Of a stretch of DNA of 39,249 bases, positions 1 through 8,061 are shown piece by piece; position 1 is the stretch's first letter; each line of letters begins with the position of its first letter. Source of the DNA: Firmicutes bacterium UBA5473 (GTDB taxonomy: Bacteria; Bacillota; DTU084); assembly GCA_002427165.1 (NCBI GenBank), contig DIQB01000043.1:7293-46541 (forward strand), given 5' to 3'. Under the pieces are notes generated by a model. The model was not told where the DNA came from and searched no databases. It saw nothing but the letters and a program-made list of their open reading frames with translations. The position numbers and the translations under genes were made by a program.

Positions 1-2335
1 TTTGGGCAATTGTTTCTTTTTTAACTTCTAGCTGCTGCGCTTCCTCCTCCAGTTCACGCTTTTCAGCTTCCACAGCTTCATACTGCCGGGCGAGCCGAGC
101 TAAAGCTGCCAGATGCTCTTGGCGATCCCGCTCTAGATCTTGCGCTGCTAGCTGCCCCTTTTGCTCAGCTTTTGCTAGCTCCTCTTTTTTGCTTCCCAGC
201 TGGGAGAGTCTGGTGGCAATCTCTCCCTCCTGCTCCTCCAAAGAAACTAAGCTCTTCTCCAGACTGCGAAGCTCTCTTTCCAGCTCCTCTAGCTCTCGCT
301 TGCGAGCGAGCAGGCCTGCCCCTCGCTGCTCTCGAGATCCCCCGCTTACAGCGCCCCCAGGAGAAATAAGATCCCCCTGGAGGGTAACTACCCGATAGCG
401 AGAGCCAGTCAAGCGTGCTAGTTTCGTGGCGCTAGCTAAATCCTCTGCCACCACTGTCCTTCCCAACAGATACTCCACTGCAGGCGCATATTGGAGATCA
501 TATTCGATCAGATCTGAGGCCAGCCCTAAGATCCCAGGGGAACTGGGCAGGCTCCGAATTCTATCTGGTCGCAGCAGGCTAAGGGGAAGAAAGGTCGCTC
601 TACCCCAATTGTTCTGCCGCAGGAGGCCAATGGCCTGCTGCGCCACAGCCTCATCTTGGGTGACAATATTCTGCAGCCCACCTCCCAAGGCGGTCTCCAT
701 AGCTACCTCAAGCTTTTCGGGGACGCTAATCAGATCTGCTACAGGACCGATGAGCCCCGGCAGCTGCCCTTTCCGCTCCAATACGCTACGAGTACCGCGC
801 CAGTACCCCTCAAAGTGGCGCTCCATCTCAGAGAGGGCACGGAGCCGGGCTCGTTTTTGTTCCCGGGTTTGCCTGACCACAGCTAGCTTCCCTGTGAGCT
901 CCCTATGTTGGCCTGCTTCCTGCTCAAGCTCCTCCTCTAGGCTCGTGAGGGCTGCTTTCGTTTGAGCCCTTTGAGCCTTGAGCTGATCCTCCCGTGCCCT
1001 CAGTTCAGCCTCGTTTGCATCCAGTTCTTCTTTTTCTTGGAGGATCTCGAGTCCTCTGGCGTCAGTGCGTTTACGCCTGAGGCCAAGGCGCTCCCCCTCC
1101 TCACCGAAAGAGTTTTCCTGATTGCGGGCACCAGCTAAAGCCTCCAGCACGTCGATAAGCTCGCCTTTAGCAGACTCAAGTTGCTGGGAGCCAGCTTGGG
1201 ACTCAGAGAGGAGCTGCTCCAGCTTCTGTTGGGCTCGATTGAGTTGTTCTTGGGCCCCGGCTTGCTCCCCGGCTGCCTTGTTTTCCTCTGCCTCAACTAT
1301 GGCCAATCTTGCTGCCAGCTCCTGGGCCTGAGCTTTTACTTCCTCTGTTTCTTTAGCCAAGCGCTCTCTTTGGGCGCTGAGGAGGTTTTGCCTTTCCCTG
1401 CCCACCCGCAGATCTCCCTCTTGTCGCTCTTTGCTGGTGGCAAGATCGGACTGTTCCTGAAGTGTGGCAGCCAGCTCCTCCTCCTGGGCTTCTAGCTTGA
1501 GGGAGACTTCCGCAGCTTCACTTCGAATCCTGGTAAGCTTTTCCTGGGCTAGCTGGCAGTCACGCTCAAGCTCAGCCCCGCTCTCTTCGGCCTGGGTTTT
1601 GTTTTGTTGCCACTTAAAAAACTGCTGAAAGAGTAGCCACAGTGAGAGCTTTGTAATTTCCCCATCTAGCTCCCCTGCCTCTTGGGCCCTTTGGGAATCT
1701 TCCCGCAAAGGCTCGAGTCTGGATTCAAGTTCTCTGAGAATATCCCCAAGCCGTTGACTATTGTCCTCTGTTTCTGCAAGCTTGCGCAGGCTCTCCTCTC
1801 GTCTCACCCGATACTTATAGATCCCCGCTGCCTCCTCTAGGAGCAATCGTCGCTCCTGGGGCTTTGAGCCTAAAACTGCATCCACCTTCCGTTGGTCGAT
1901 GATGGAATAGTCATCGCGGCCGAGACCTGTGTTCATCAAAAGCTCTGCAAGATCCCGCAGTCTGCAGACCTTACCGTTGATAGTATACTCTCCTTCTCCT
2001 GAGCGAAACACCCGTCTTCTAATGCACACCTGGCCGTAAGGCACGTCTAGGAAACCATCGCTGTTATCTAAAGTGAGGGCAACCTGGGCCATGCCAAGGG
2101 GCTTGCGGTGTTCGCTCCCTACAAAGATCACATCTTCCATTTTGCTACCCCTGAGGCTTTTGGCGCTTTGCTCCCCTAGCACCCAGCGGATGGAATCTAC
2201 AATGTTGCTTTTGCCGCTGCCATTGGGGCCGATGATGGCAGTGATCCCTGGCTCAAAATTGACCTCTACTTTTCTGGCAAAAGATTTAAAACCGAATATT
2301 TCTAGCTTCTCAAGGCGCAAACAAATCAACTCCAT
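1..2335 (-). CDS. smc: Chromosome partition protein SMC, N-terminal about 778 codons; the rest lies beyond the left window edge
   Basis: My translation of the minus strand from the ATG at 2333-2335 gives MELICLRLEKLEIFGFKSFARKVEVNFEPGITAIIGPNGSGKSNIVDSIRWVLGEQSAKSLRG (Walker A GPNGSGKSN). A long E/L/Q/A-rich coiled coil and a hinge-like segment (GLIGPVADLI...ALGGGLQNIVT) follow, with no stop seen down to position 1. It is missing from the ORF track because it is open at the edge. Confidence 0.9.
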   Translation of the reverse strand, partial: MELICLRLEKLEIFGFKSFARKVEVNFEPGITAIIGPNGSGKSNIVDSIRWVLGEQSAKSLRGSKMEDVIFVGSEHRKPLGMAQVALTLDNSDGFLDVPYGQVCIRRRVFRSGEGEYTINGKVCRLRDLAELLMNTGLGRDDYSIIDQRKVDAVLGSKPQERRLLLEEAAGIYKYRVRREESLRKLAETEDNSQRLGDILRELESRLEPLREDSQRAQEAGELDGEITKLSLWLLFQQFFKWQQNKTQAEESGAELERDCQLAQEKLTRIRSEAAEVSLKLEAQEEELAATLQEQSDLATSKERQEGDLRVGRERQNLLSAQRERLAKETEEVKAQAQELAARLAIVEAEENKAAGEQAGAQEQLNRAQQKLEQLLSESQAGSQQLESAKGELIDVLEALAGARNQENSFGEEGERLGLRRKRTDARGLEILQEKEELDANEAELRAREDQLKAQRAQTKAALTSLEEELEQEAGQHRELTGKLAVVRQTREQKRARLRALSEMERHFEGYWRGTRSVLERKGQLPGLIGPVADLISVPEKLEVAMETALGGGLQNIVTQDEAVAQQAIGLLRQNNWGRATFLPLSLLRPDRIRSLPSSPGILGLASDLIEYDLQYAPAVEYLLGRTVVAEDLASATKLARLTGSRYRVVTLQGDLISPGGAVSGGSREQRGAGLLARKRELEELERELRSLEKSLVSLEEQEGEIATRLSQLGSKKEELAKAEQKGQLAAQDLERDRQEHLAALARLARQYEAVEAEKRELEEEAQQLEVKKETIAQ

Positions 2336-2381
2336 CACAGTTACTAGATCCAATTATACTAGAAAAATAGAGTTTCGCCAA

Positions 2382-2411
2382 CAAAAAAAAGCGCCTGCAC
2401 TGCAGACGCTG
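2382..2411 (-). terminator. Rho-independent terminator after flgK
   Basis: On the minus strand the hairpin AGCGTCTGCAG/CTGCAGGCGCT (one mismatch) is followed by T8. It sits between the flgK stop (2426) and the smc start (2335). Confidence 0.7.
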
Positions 2412-2425
2412 GAAAAAATTCTTTT

Positions 2426-3847
2426 TTATCTACCAACAAGACCCATCCGGCTGATAATAGTCTCTAGCATCTCATCCACTGCAGTCACAGCCCGAGCTGC
2501 TGCACTATATGCATGCTGAAAACGGATAAGGTTGGTCATTTCCTCATCTAGGGAAACCCCACTGATGCTCTCCTGCCAAGTGCTGAGGTGATCCACCAGC
2601 TGGGATTGATTTTTCGTCATCCGCTGGGCATTCATGCTCTCCACGCCCAATCCTGAGATCAAAGAACCGAAGAAATTGCCCACGGTACCGCTGCCGCCTC
2701 CAAACTTTAGAACCTGCTCCCGGAGGGCTGCAAGTTTTAAGGCGTTGCTGCCATCGCCTGCGCTATCTGGGCTTCCTGCTGCTGCCAAAAGGGAAAGCCC
2801 ATTGTTTAAATCATCTAAGAGCGCCGGATTTACTGTCCAATCCTGAGCACCGGTGCCATGGAAAAAAGCAATTCCTGTTTCGTTCTCAAGGCCGAAACCA
2901 GTGCTGTGGATGGCATTGAACTCTGAAATAAAAGTAGTTGCAAAATCATCAAGCCGGCCGCGATAGCTCGGGACGATCTCATCGCGGGCTCGAATAAGTC
3001 CAGCCAAAGCCCCACCTTGCCAGCGAACTTCCTGGGAAGCACCCGACAGCCCCTCCCACTTCACAACTGCAGGGACGCCCTCAGGCTCGCTGATTTCCAG
3101 CTTCCGCACTGAGGTGCCGCTCACAAGGCCAATGCCGCCGATGTTAATATTGAGTTGACCTGCAGCTTGGGGTAGCACAGTGATGGTGGTAAGGCCTGAG
3201 AGCTGCTCGAGGAGCAAATCCCGCCGATCTAAAAGATCATTGGGTGTTGCGCCACTTGCGGTGGCCTTGCCAATCAGCCCATTTAGGTCCGCTAATTGCT
3301 GAGCGAGAGAGTTAATTTCCTCCACCTTCAGCCGCACCTGAAGGTCTAGGTCTTGTTCCAGGTTTAAAAGTTGAGTATAAAGGTGCCGAGTACTATCTGT
3401 AAGGCTCACTGCCTGCTCCCGTACCACAGCTCTGAGAGATGGATCTTCGGGCCTGTGGCCTAGTTGCTCCCATTTGGTCCAAAACTGGGTGAGAGCCTTG
3501 CTAATACCGTTCTCGCTGGGCTCTGCAAAAATCAGCTCCAGCTGACCTAAAACCTCTTTTTGTTCATTCCAATAGCCCAGGTTGTGGATCTCTTTGCGTA
3601 CCTGCCCGTCCACAAAGCCATCCCGCATTCTAGTGATGGCAGCTACCTCTACACCTGTACCCAGGGCTAGAGGTAGGTGGCTAGACTGTCCTGCAAAGAG
3701 TGGCAGTGTTGTCTCCAGTTCAACTCTTTGCCTAGAATAGCCTGGTGTGTTGGCATTAGCTATGTTATGGCCTGTGACATTGATCCCCAGTTGCTGCGCA
3801 CCTAGGGCACGTCTGGCAATCTCCAGGCCTCCAAAGGTAGAACCCAT
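2426..3847 (-). CDS. flgK: Flagellar hook-associated protein 1 FlgK
   Basis: 473 aa. The N-terminus MGSTFGGLEIARRALGAQQLGINVTGHNIANANTPGYSRQRV is the conserved flagellar rod/hook N-terminal motif. The C-terminus SLDEEMTNLIRFQHAYSAAARAV is the conserved FlgK/flagellin-type C-terminal helix. Confidence 0.95.
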   Translation of the reverse strand: MGSTFGGLEIARRALGAQQLGINVTGHNIANANTPGYSRQRVELETTLPLFAGQSSHLPLALGTGVEVAAITRMRDGFVDGQVRKEIHNLGYWNEQKEVLGQLELIFAEPSENGISKALTQFWTKWEQLGHRPEDPSLRAVVREQAVSLTDSTRHLYTQLLNLEQDLDLQVRLKVEEINSLAQQLADLNGLIGKATASGATPNDLLDRRDLLLEQLSGLTTITVLPQAAGQLNINIGGIGLVSGTSVRKLEISEPEGVPAVVKWEGLSGASQEVRWQGGALAGLIRARDEIVPSYRGRLDDFATTFISEFNAIHSTGFGLENETGIAFFHGTGAQDWTVNPALLDDLNNGLSLLAAAGSPDSAGDGSNALKLAALREQVLKFGGGSGTVGNFFGSLISGLGVESMNAQRMTKNQSQLVDHLSTWQESISGVSLDEEMTNLIRFQHAYSAAARAVTAVDEMLETIISRMGLVGR

Positions 3848-3858
3848 GCTAGTACCTC

Positions 3859-4293
3859 CTAAATCTTCCGATCAAGAAATGTTAACTTTCCCTCATTCTT
3901 CTGGCCATAGGTCTGGCTATCAGCCTGAAAGAGGGAGAGACAATATTCAGTATAAGCTAAGGCGTGCTTGAGCAGCTCTGCATTTTGTGCATTTAGGGCA
4001 GTTAGCTGCTCTGTGAGGAAGATAAGCTCCTGGCCCAAATTTGTCAACTTCAGCCTAGACGGGGGATCTAGCCTCTGGGCTAATTGGGCCAACTTGGCCT
4101 GGCCAGTTTTTTCAAGCCGGGCTTGTTCCCAGTTTTGCAAGGAATCTGTGAGCTCCAGCTCCCGCTGGGAGAGTTCGGCCACAGCATCTCGCTTATTTTC
4201 CACAATGGCTTGCTGCTTTTCCCCGGCTAGCTGCACCAAAAGCTCTAGTTGTTTTTTGCCGTCCTCAAGAATCGAAAGCAGGTCAACTTCCAT
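3859..4293 (-). CDS. flgN: FlgN-family flagellar export chaperone (YvyG-like)
   Basis: 144 aa, helical and Q/L/E-rich. It sits between flgM and flgK, as yvyG does in B. subtilis. Confidence 0.7.
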   Translation of the reverse strand: MEVDLLSILEDGKKQLELLVQLAGEKQQAIVENKRDAVAELSQRELELTDSLQNWEQARLEKTGQAKLAQLAQRLDPPSRLKLTNLGQELIFLTEQLTALNAQNAELLKHALAYTEYCLSLFQADSQTYGQKNEGKLTFLDRKI

Positions 4294-4303
4294 CTTGTGC
4301 CTC

Positions 4304-4597
4304 CTAAACTAGGCGATCCACAATGGTCCGGCCTAGGATCTTTTCTGCAACATCCTCACCCTTTGGGTTGTAGCGGCCCTGGCGGATCTCCTCCCGCAGG
4401 TTATTCACCAGGTTGCTGCGGACCTGAGGCAATCTCTGCAGCTCCTCTAGCACCTGCTGTACTTCCCGGCCTGAGGTAGACAAAGAAACCTCATCGCCTG
4501 CTTTGGGCTTGGCCCCACAGGTTTTTTCTTGTGACCGCCGCAAATTATTCGCATACAATGCTACAGTCCTTTGGATCTGGGAACTTGAAATAATCAT
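4304..4597 (-). CDS. flgM: Anti-sigma-28 factor FlgM
   Basis: 97 aa. The C-terminal part VRSNLVNNLREEIRQGRYNPKGEDVAEKIL matches the FlgM signature (V..ik..I..G.Y.vd....A.ki). The position in the operon fits. Confidence 0.85.
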   Translation of the reverse strand: MIISSSQIQRTVALYANNLRRSQEKTCGAKPKAGDEVSLSTSGREVQQVLEELQRLPQVRSNLVNNLREEIRQGRYNPKGEDVAEKILGRTIVDRLV

Positions 4598-4636
4598 CTT
4601 TCACACCCCATATTCGCTCTTACTTATTCTATCGTC

Positions 4637-4662
4637 CAAAAAAAGGGGCCCTTAAGGCCCCT
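4637..4662 (-). terminator. Rho-independent terminator directly after the yvyF-like gene
   Basis: On the minus strand AGGGGCC-TTAAG-GGCCCCT is followed by T7. The hairpin starts at the stop codon of the upstream gene. Confidence 0.7.
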
Positions 4663-5081
4663 CAGCGATCCCGCCAGCGAGAAGTGTGGATTTTCCCCTT
4701 CACTGTTTTACCTAAAATGGGTGTAGGCTCCCTAAAAATTGGAGCTTCCTGGCCCCGCACCTCCGATTTCAAGGTTTTCCTACATTTATTGCAAAGCTTG
4801 CCAGAGGTGATGGCGCCGCCGCAGGAATCGCATTGCCACTGGGCACTGCCTGGTGCAAAATGAATCCCCTCCAAGCGGCCCGCTTTGAGGAAATCATAGA
4901 TCTTTTTGGGATCTACCTGACACCTTTGGGCAACTTCCTGTACAGTGAGCCCTGGGTTCGCCTCCAAGTACTCCCGAACTTTGCGATAAAGCGCTTCCTC
5001 TTCAGCGAGGCAGTCAGCACAAATATTTCTTCCTACCTTCGCAAATACCTTGCCGCAGCGTAAACAATTTGCCAGTTCCAT
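4662..5081 (-). CDS. yvyF: Flagellar operon zinc-ribbon protein, YvyF-like
   Basis: 139 aa. It has CxxC pairs at both ends (CLRCGK...CADC; CDSCGG...CNKC) and a central HTH-like segment. It lies between comFC and flgM, as yvyF does in B. subtilis. Confidence 0.7.
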   Translation of the reverse strand: MELANCLRCGKVFAKVGRNICADCLAEEEALYRKVREYLEANPGLTVQEVAQRCQVDPKKIYDFLKAGRLEGIHFAPGSAQWQCDSCGGAITSGKLCNKCRKTLKSEVRGQEAPIFREPTPILGKTVKGKIHTSRWRDR

Positions 5082-5085
5082 TATT

Positions 5086-5847
5086 CTACCTCCTGACAGT
5101 GGTCTTTCCCAAACCCAACTGAGCTTTTTGCACAGCTCCCACAGCTAAAGTTAGCACGTCAACCCTAAGTGCCCCACAGCCCAATAGAACCCTAGCGCAC
5201 TCGCTAGCTGTCCAGCCTGTGGTGAGAATATCGTCAATCAACAGCACCTGCTTGCCAACAAAAGCATCAGGGTCATGGACAGCAAAGGCACCTCGCACAT
5301 TCACAGCCCGGGACTGGGAGCTCAGCTGACTTTGCATAAATTTTGCTTCTTTTAACCATAAATTACCGTTTTCCACAGGCAATTTTATTTGCCTGCCCAG
5401 TTCCAAGGCCAAAAGCTCTGCCTGATTATAGCCCCGTCTGGCCTTGCGTGCAGGCGCTGCAGGCACTGGTACCAACAGTAGCTCTGTCCCTTGCCAGCAC
5501 TGCACCAATACCTGGGCCATAAGGCCCACCAGCGGCTCCACCAGATCGTGCCGCCGGCAATATTTAATCATATGTATGCATTCGCGCCAAAAGCCCTCAT
5601 ACACTGCCACAGCTCGGGCCTGGGTGAAATGAAAACAGTGTTCTCTGCAAAGAGAACATTTTCCCCCGTCCACCGAAGCTAGGCGCAAAGGCCGCCCGCA
5701 ACTTTGGCAGAAGGGCTCCTGTACAAAATTCAACTGACTCAGACAGCGATCACAAAGTTTGATCTTATTGCGCCGCGACACTGGACGCTGACAAAGAGCG
5801 CAAAATTGACGCTGAGGAAAGATGAGCTCCTGCCAAGATGCTAGCAA
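5086..5847 (-). CDS. comFC: ComF family protein (ComFC-like phosphoribosyltransferase-domain protein)
   Basis: 253 aa. The N-terminus has Cys clusters (CALCQ...CDRC...CQSCG...CSLC). The C-terminus has the PRTase motif VLLIDDILTTGWT. The start is TTG, preceded by GGGAGGG. Confidence 0.85.
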   Translation of the reverse strand: MLASWQELIFPQRQFCALCQRPVSRRNKIKLCDRCLSQLNFVQEPFCQSCGRPLRLASVDGGKCSLCREHCFHFTQARAVAVYEGFWRECIHMIKYCRRHDLVEPLVGLMAQVLVQCWQGTELLLVPVPAAPARKARRGYNQAELLALELGRQIKLPVENGNLWLKEAKFMQSQLSSQSRAVNVRGAFAVHDPDAFVGKQVLLIDDILTTGWTASECARVLLGCGALRVDVLTLAVGAVQKAQLGLGKTTVRR

Positions 5848-6015
5848 ATCTGTACCCTCCCTAGAATCATCGTAATGTTATTATTCGGCACCTGGCTCCC
5901 TTAATCCTGCACACTTTCTTCTGCTTCTTCTAGAATTCGCAATTTAATGACACTACAAAATGTTATATTTCCCCATCCAACGGTGAATACTAACACAAGA
6001 AAGGAGTCTGACAGC

Positions 6016-6195
6016 ATGGAAGATCTTTATGGCCAAACCCTCATGGATATAGCGGGTAGTTGTTCTTGGTTCGAAGCTGAGGCAGATAATATCCTTGAGA
6101 AAATTGGTTGCAACTATTGCACCAACTGGGATCAGGGGATTTGCCCCTTCTACCTGAGGCGCACTGACCGCTTTCATATCCTTCTAGCTGAGTGA
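6016..6195 (+). CDS. Hypothetical small Cys-rich protein (59 aa)
   Basis: The internal ATG of the 82-aa track ORF is preceded by AAAGGAG about 9 nt upstream. Four Cys are present (C..., CNYC, C). A hairpin plus T-run follows at 6201-6232. I recognise no family. Confidence 0.3.
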   Translation: MEDLYGQTLMDIAGSCSWFEAEADNILEKIGCNYCTNWDQGICPFYLRRTDRFHILLAE

Positions 6196-6200
6196 TCCCC

Positions 6201-6232
6201 GAAGGCTGCCAAATGGCAGCCTTCATAGTTTT
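6201..6232 (+). terminator. Rho-independent terminator after the small ORF
   Basis: GAAGGCTGCC-AAAT-GGCAGCCTTC is a perfect 10-bp stem, followed by ATAGTTTT. Confidence 0.6.
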
Positions 6233-6237
6233 AAAAA

Positions 6238-6266
6238 GGAAAAACGCAGTCTCAACAGAAACTGCG
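6238..6266 (-). terminator. Rho-independent terminator after fic
   Basis: On the minus strand the stem CGCAGT/ACTGCG with loop TTCTGTTGAG is followed by TTTTT. It lies 38 nt past the fic stop. Confidence 0.6.
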
Positions 6267-6303
6267 CAGTTAGCACCACTTCGGGCTGTACTTTACGCGT
6301 TTT

Positions 6304-7032
6304 CTAAAGTATAGTGAGGTATTTTGCTAGGGCTTCCTGTACATATTCCGCGATCATCTGCACCATGGCTTCTGGGTTAACAGACCGATGATAAGCAGTA
6401 AAGCAATCATAATATCTGCGGCGGTCAGCAAACTTAACGCAGATCTCGGGATAGCCTTCCCCCATCAGTTCCAGATTAAGTAACAATCGACCAGTGCGGC
6501 CATTGCAATCTATAAAGGGATGTATGCTCTCAAAGCGCAAATGGAACAGTGCAACTCGTTCGATTGTGTGCATGGTTTTCTTCATTTCCTCATAGTCAGC
6601 CATAAGCTGCTCCATCTGGATCGAAACTAGATAAGGCTGGGGTGGTTCATGAATAGCGCCCATAATGCGGACAGGCACCCGCCGATAAACACCTCTGTCC
6701 TGTGGCTTATCCATCAACACGCTTGAGTGGATATCCCTTATCACCTTCTCAGACAACGGCACCTTTTCCTTGACCAATTCTTCCACATAAAAATAGGCTT
6801 CCTTGTGTCCTATTACTTCCAGATGATCCTTTAGTGGCTTCTGGGCGATGGTAATACCCTCACCGAGGATCAATGCCGTTTCCTGAAGGGTAAGGGTGTT
6901 GCCCTCAATAGCATTGGAATTGTAGGTGAACTCTATGAGAAATTCATTCCGCAAGCGCTCTACCTCGCCACGTGTGAGCGGGCGGCGTTCATTTACCTGA
7001 CGAAGCAATTCGTCGATTTCCTCAAAATTCAT
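6304..7032 (-). CDS. fic: Fic/DOC family protein with an internal inhibitory helix (class II-like)
   Basis: The Fic motif reads HPFIDCNGRTGR (canonical HPFx[D/E]GN[G/K]RxxR). The N-terminal SNAIEGN fits the [S/T]xxxE[G/N] inhibitory motif. I chose the start at MNFEEIDELL (ATG 7030-7032) because AAGGAG lies 6 nt upstream. The track start at 7062 has no RBS. Confidence 0.9.
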   Translation of the reverse strand: MNFEEIDELLRQVNERRPLTRGEVERLRNEFLIEFTYNSNAIEGNTLTLQETALILGEGITIAQKPLKDHLEVIGHKEAYFYVEELVKEKVPLSEKVIRDIHSSVLMDKPQDRGVYRRVPVRIMGAIHEPPQPYLVSIQMEQLMADYEEMKKTMHTIERVALFHLRFESIHPFIDCNGRTGRLLLNLELMGEGYPEICVKFADRRRYYDCFTAYHRSVNPEAMVQMIAEYVQEALAKYLTIL

Positions 7033-7234
7033 TCCGCGCTCCTTTCCGCTCCTGTAGCACAAACTCGGGCTTGTTTATTTTCAAATGATCTCAAATATTC
7101 GTTAACTACATCCTATTCTACCCCAATTTTTAGTTAAAAGTCAACTTGACCTTGAAGTATGGACACGTTTTTTACCAGACTGACTTGCGTTCTATAACTT
7201 GCTATAATAATGTGCAAAGAAAGGAGGTTGCACT

Positions 7235-7484
7235 ATGCCACAGATCAGACCCATTACAGATTTGAGCAAACAAGATTTCCGAAATTTGCCATGCGAAAAT
7301 GGAGCCTATCTTCATCACGAAGAATGGATACGGCGATTTGGTTATCATGACCCTTGAAACTTATTAAGCCATGCTCCCAACAAACGAATTAGATGCTGCG
7401 ATAGCCGAAGCCAAATTTGCCAGCGAAAAAAAGCTGATTGATGCAAGAGAGGCATTGTCTTCTTTAAGGAGCAATTTGGATAGG
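7235..7484 (+). pseudogene. Phd/YefM-type antitoxin remnant, disrupted by a frameshift and an in-frame stop
   Basis: The ORF opens MPQIRPITDL with a good RBS (AAGGAGG) and a promoter-like CTGACT-17-TATAAT upstream. The typical continuation (M)EPIFITKNGYGDLVIMTLETY lies in another frame and ends in TAA. The remainder, NELDAAIAEA...DAREALSSLRSNL, continues in the 7371 ORF. Confidence 0.6.
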
Positions 7485-7699
7485 TACACAGTTAAATTGC
7501 TTTCCCGTGCATACCGTGATTTGGATGGTATCTATGATTACATGCAAATGTACTTTTAACACCAGAAATGGCTGACAAGCTGATTGCTTCTTTGGAAAAA
7601 GCAATCTTATGGCTGGAAGAATTACCGCATCGAGGCTCAAAGCGAAGAGTAGGTGCGTATCCCAAAGAGGGATATCGTAAGATATTCATCAAGCTTTAA
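7485..7699 (+). pseudogene. ParE/RelE-type toxin remnant, frameshifted and C-terminally truncated
   Basis: YTVKLLSRAYRDLDGIYDYM is fused in frame to the antitoxin tail and stops at 7557. The homologous continuation PEMADKLIASLEKAILWLEELPHRGSKRRVGAYPKEGYRKIFIKL starts at 7562 in a different frame and ends at 7699. That is roughly 25-30 residues short of a full-length ParE. Confidence 0.6.
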
Positions 7700-7771
7700 T
7701 ATCATTTCTGATCCTCAAAAGCAAAAGCCCGTTCACCGAAATTATCTCGGCCGACGGGCTCTTAATATCCT

Positions 7772-7813
7772 AAAAAAAAGACCTGTTTTCCAAGCTACAG
7801 CTTGAAGAACAGG
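7772..7813 (-). terminator. Rho-independent terminator after the tRNA pair
   Basis: On the minus strand a roughly 15-bp imperfect stem (CCTGTTCTTCAAGCT/AGCTTGGAAAACAGG) is followed by T8. Confidence 0.75.
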
Positions 7814-7829
7814 CTTATCCATTTCATTT

Positions 7830-7907
7830 TGGGGTGAGCGATGGGATTTGAACCCACGGCCTCCAGGGCCACAACCTGGCGCTCTAACCAACTGAGCTAC
7901 GCCCACC
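7830..7907 (-). tRNA. tRNA-His (anticodon GTG) with encoded G-1 and CCA
   Basis: The reverse complement GGTGGGCGTAGCTCAGTTGGTTAGAGCGCCAGGTTGTGGCCCTGGAGGCCGTGGGTTCAAATCCCATCGCTCACCCCA folds as a cloverleaf. The anticodon loop is TTGTGGC. An extra 5' G can pair with C73. Confidence 0.95.
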
Positions 7908-7916
7908 ATAAGCACT

Positions 7917-7993
7917 TGGTGCGCCTGGAGGGAATCGAACCCCCGACCCCGAGATTAGAAGTCTCGTGCTCTATCCAACTGAGCTACAGGCGC
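7917..7993 (-). tRNA. tRNA-Arg (anticodon TCT) with encoded CCA
   Basis: The reverse complement GCGCCTGTAGCTCAGTTGGATAGAGCACGAGACTTCTAATCTCGGGGTCGGGGGTTCGATTCCCTCCAGGCGCACCA folds as a cloverleaf. The anticodon loop is CTTCTAA. Confidence 0.95.
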
Positions 7994-8008
7994 TAACGAA
8001 CTATAAAC

Positions 8009-8037
8009 ATCTTATCATAAACCTGCTGGAAATTCAA
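8009..8037 (-). promoter_or_regulatory. Candidate sigma-A promoter for the tRNA-Arg/tRNA-His unit
   Basis: On the minus strand TTGAAT, a 17-nt spacer and TAAGAT lie about 15 nt upstream of the tRNA-Arg 5' end. Confidence 0.5.
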
Positions 8038-8061
8038 GCCCCCAGGAAAAACAAAATCCAG

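Noticed and set aside
172-2519. Several plus-strand track ORFs (65-179 aa, e.g. 426-965, 1181-1495, 2073-2519)
   Set aside because: They lie antisense to the continuous smc reading frame. They have low-complexity S/A/L/P/R-rich translations typical of antisense frames of coiled-coil genes. None has an RBS.
4610-4617. GCGAATAT upstream of flgM, resembling the SigD -10 element GCCGATAT
   Set aside because: It lies only 13 nt from the flgM ATG, which leaves no room for a 5' UTR containing the RBS. No TAAA -35 sits at the expected 15-nt spacing.
5866-5945. GCCGAATA upstream of comFC as a possible SigD-type -10
   Set aside because: The expected TAAA at 15-nt spacing is absent; only a TTAA at about 11 nt is present. 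That is too weak to call.
5947-6015. First 23 codons of the 82-aa ORF (MTLQNVIFPHPTVNTNTRKESDS)
   Set aside because: There is no SD before the ATG at 5947. The AAAGGAG that would serve the internal ATG at 6016 lies inside this segment, so the shorter 59-aa form is preferred, and even that form is low confidence.
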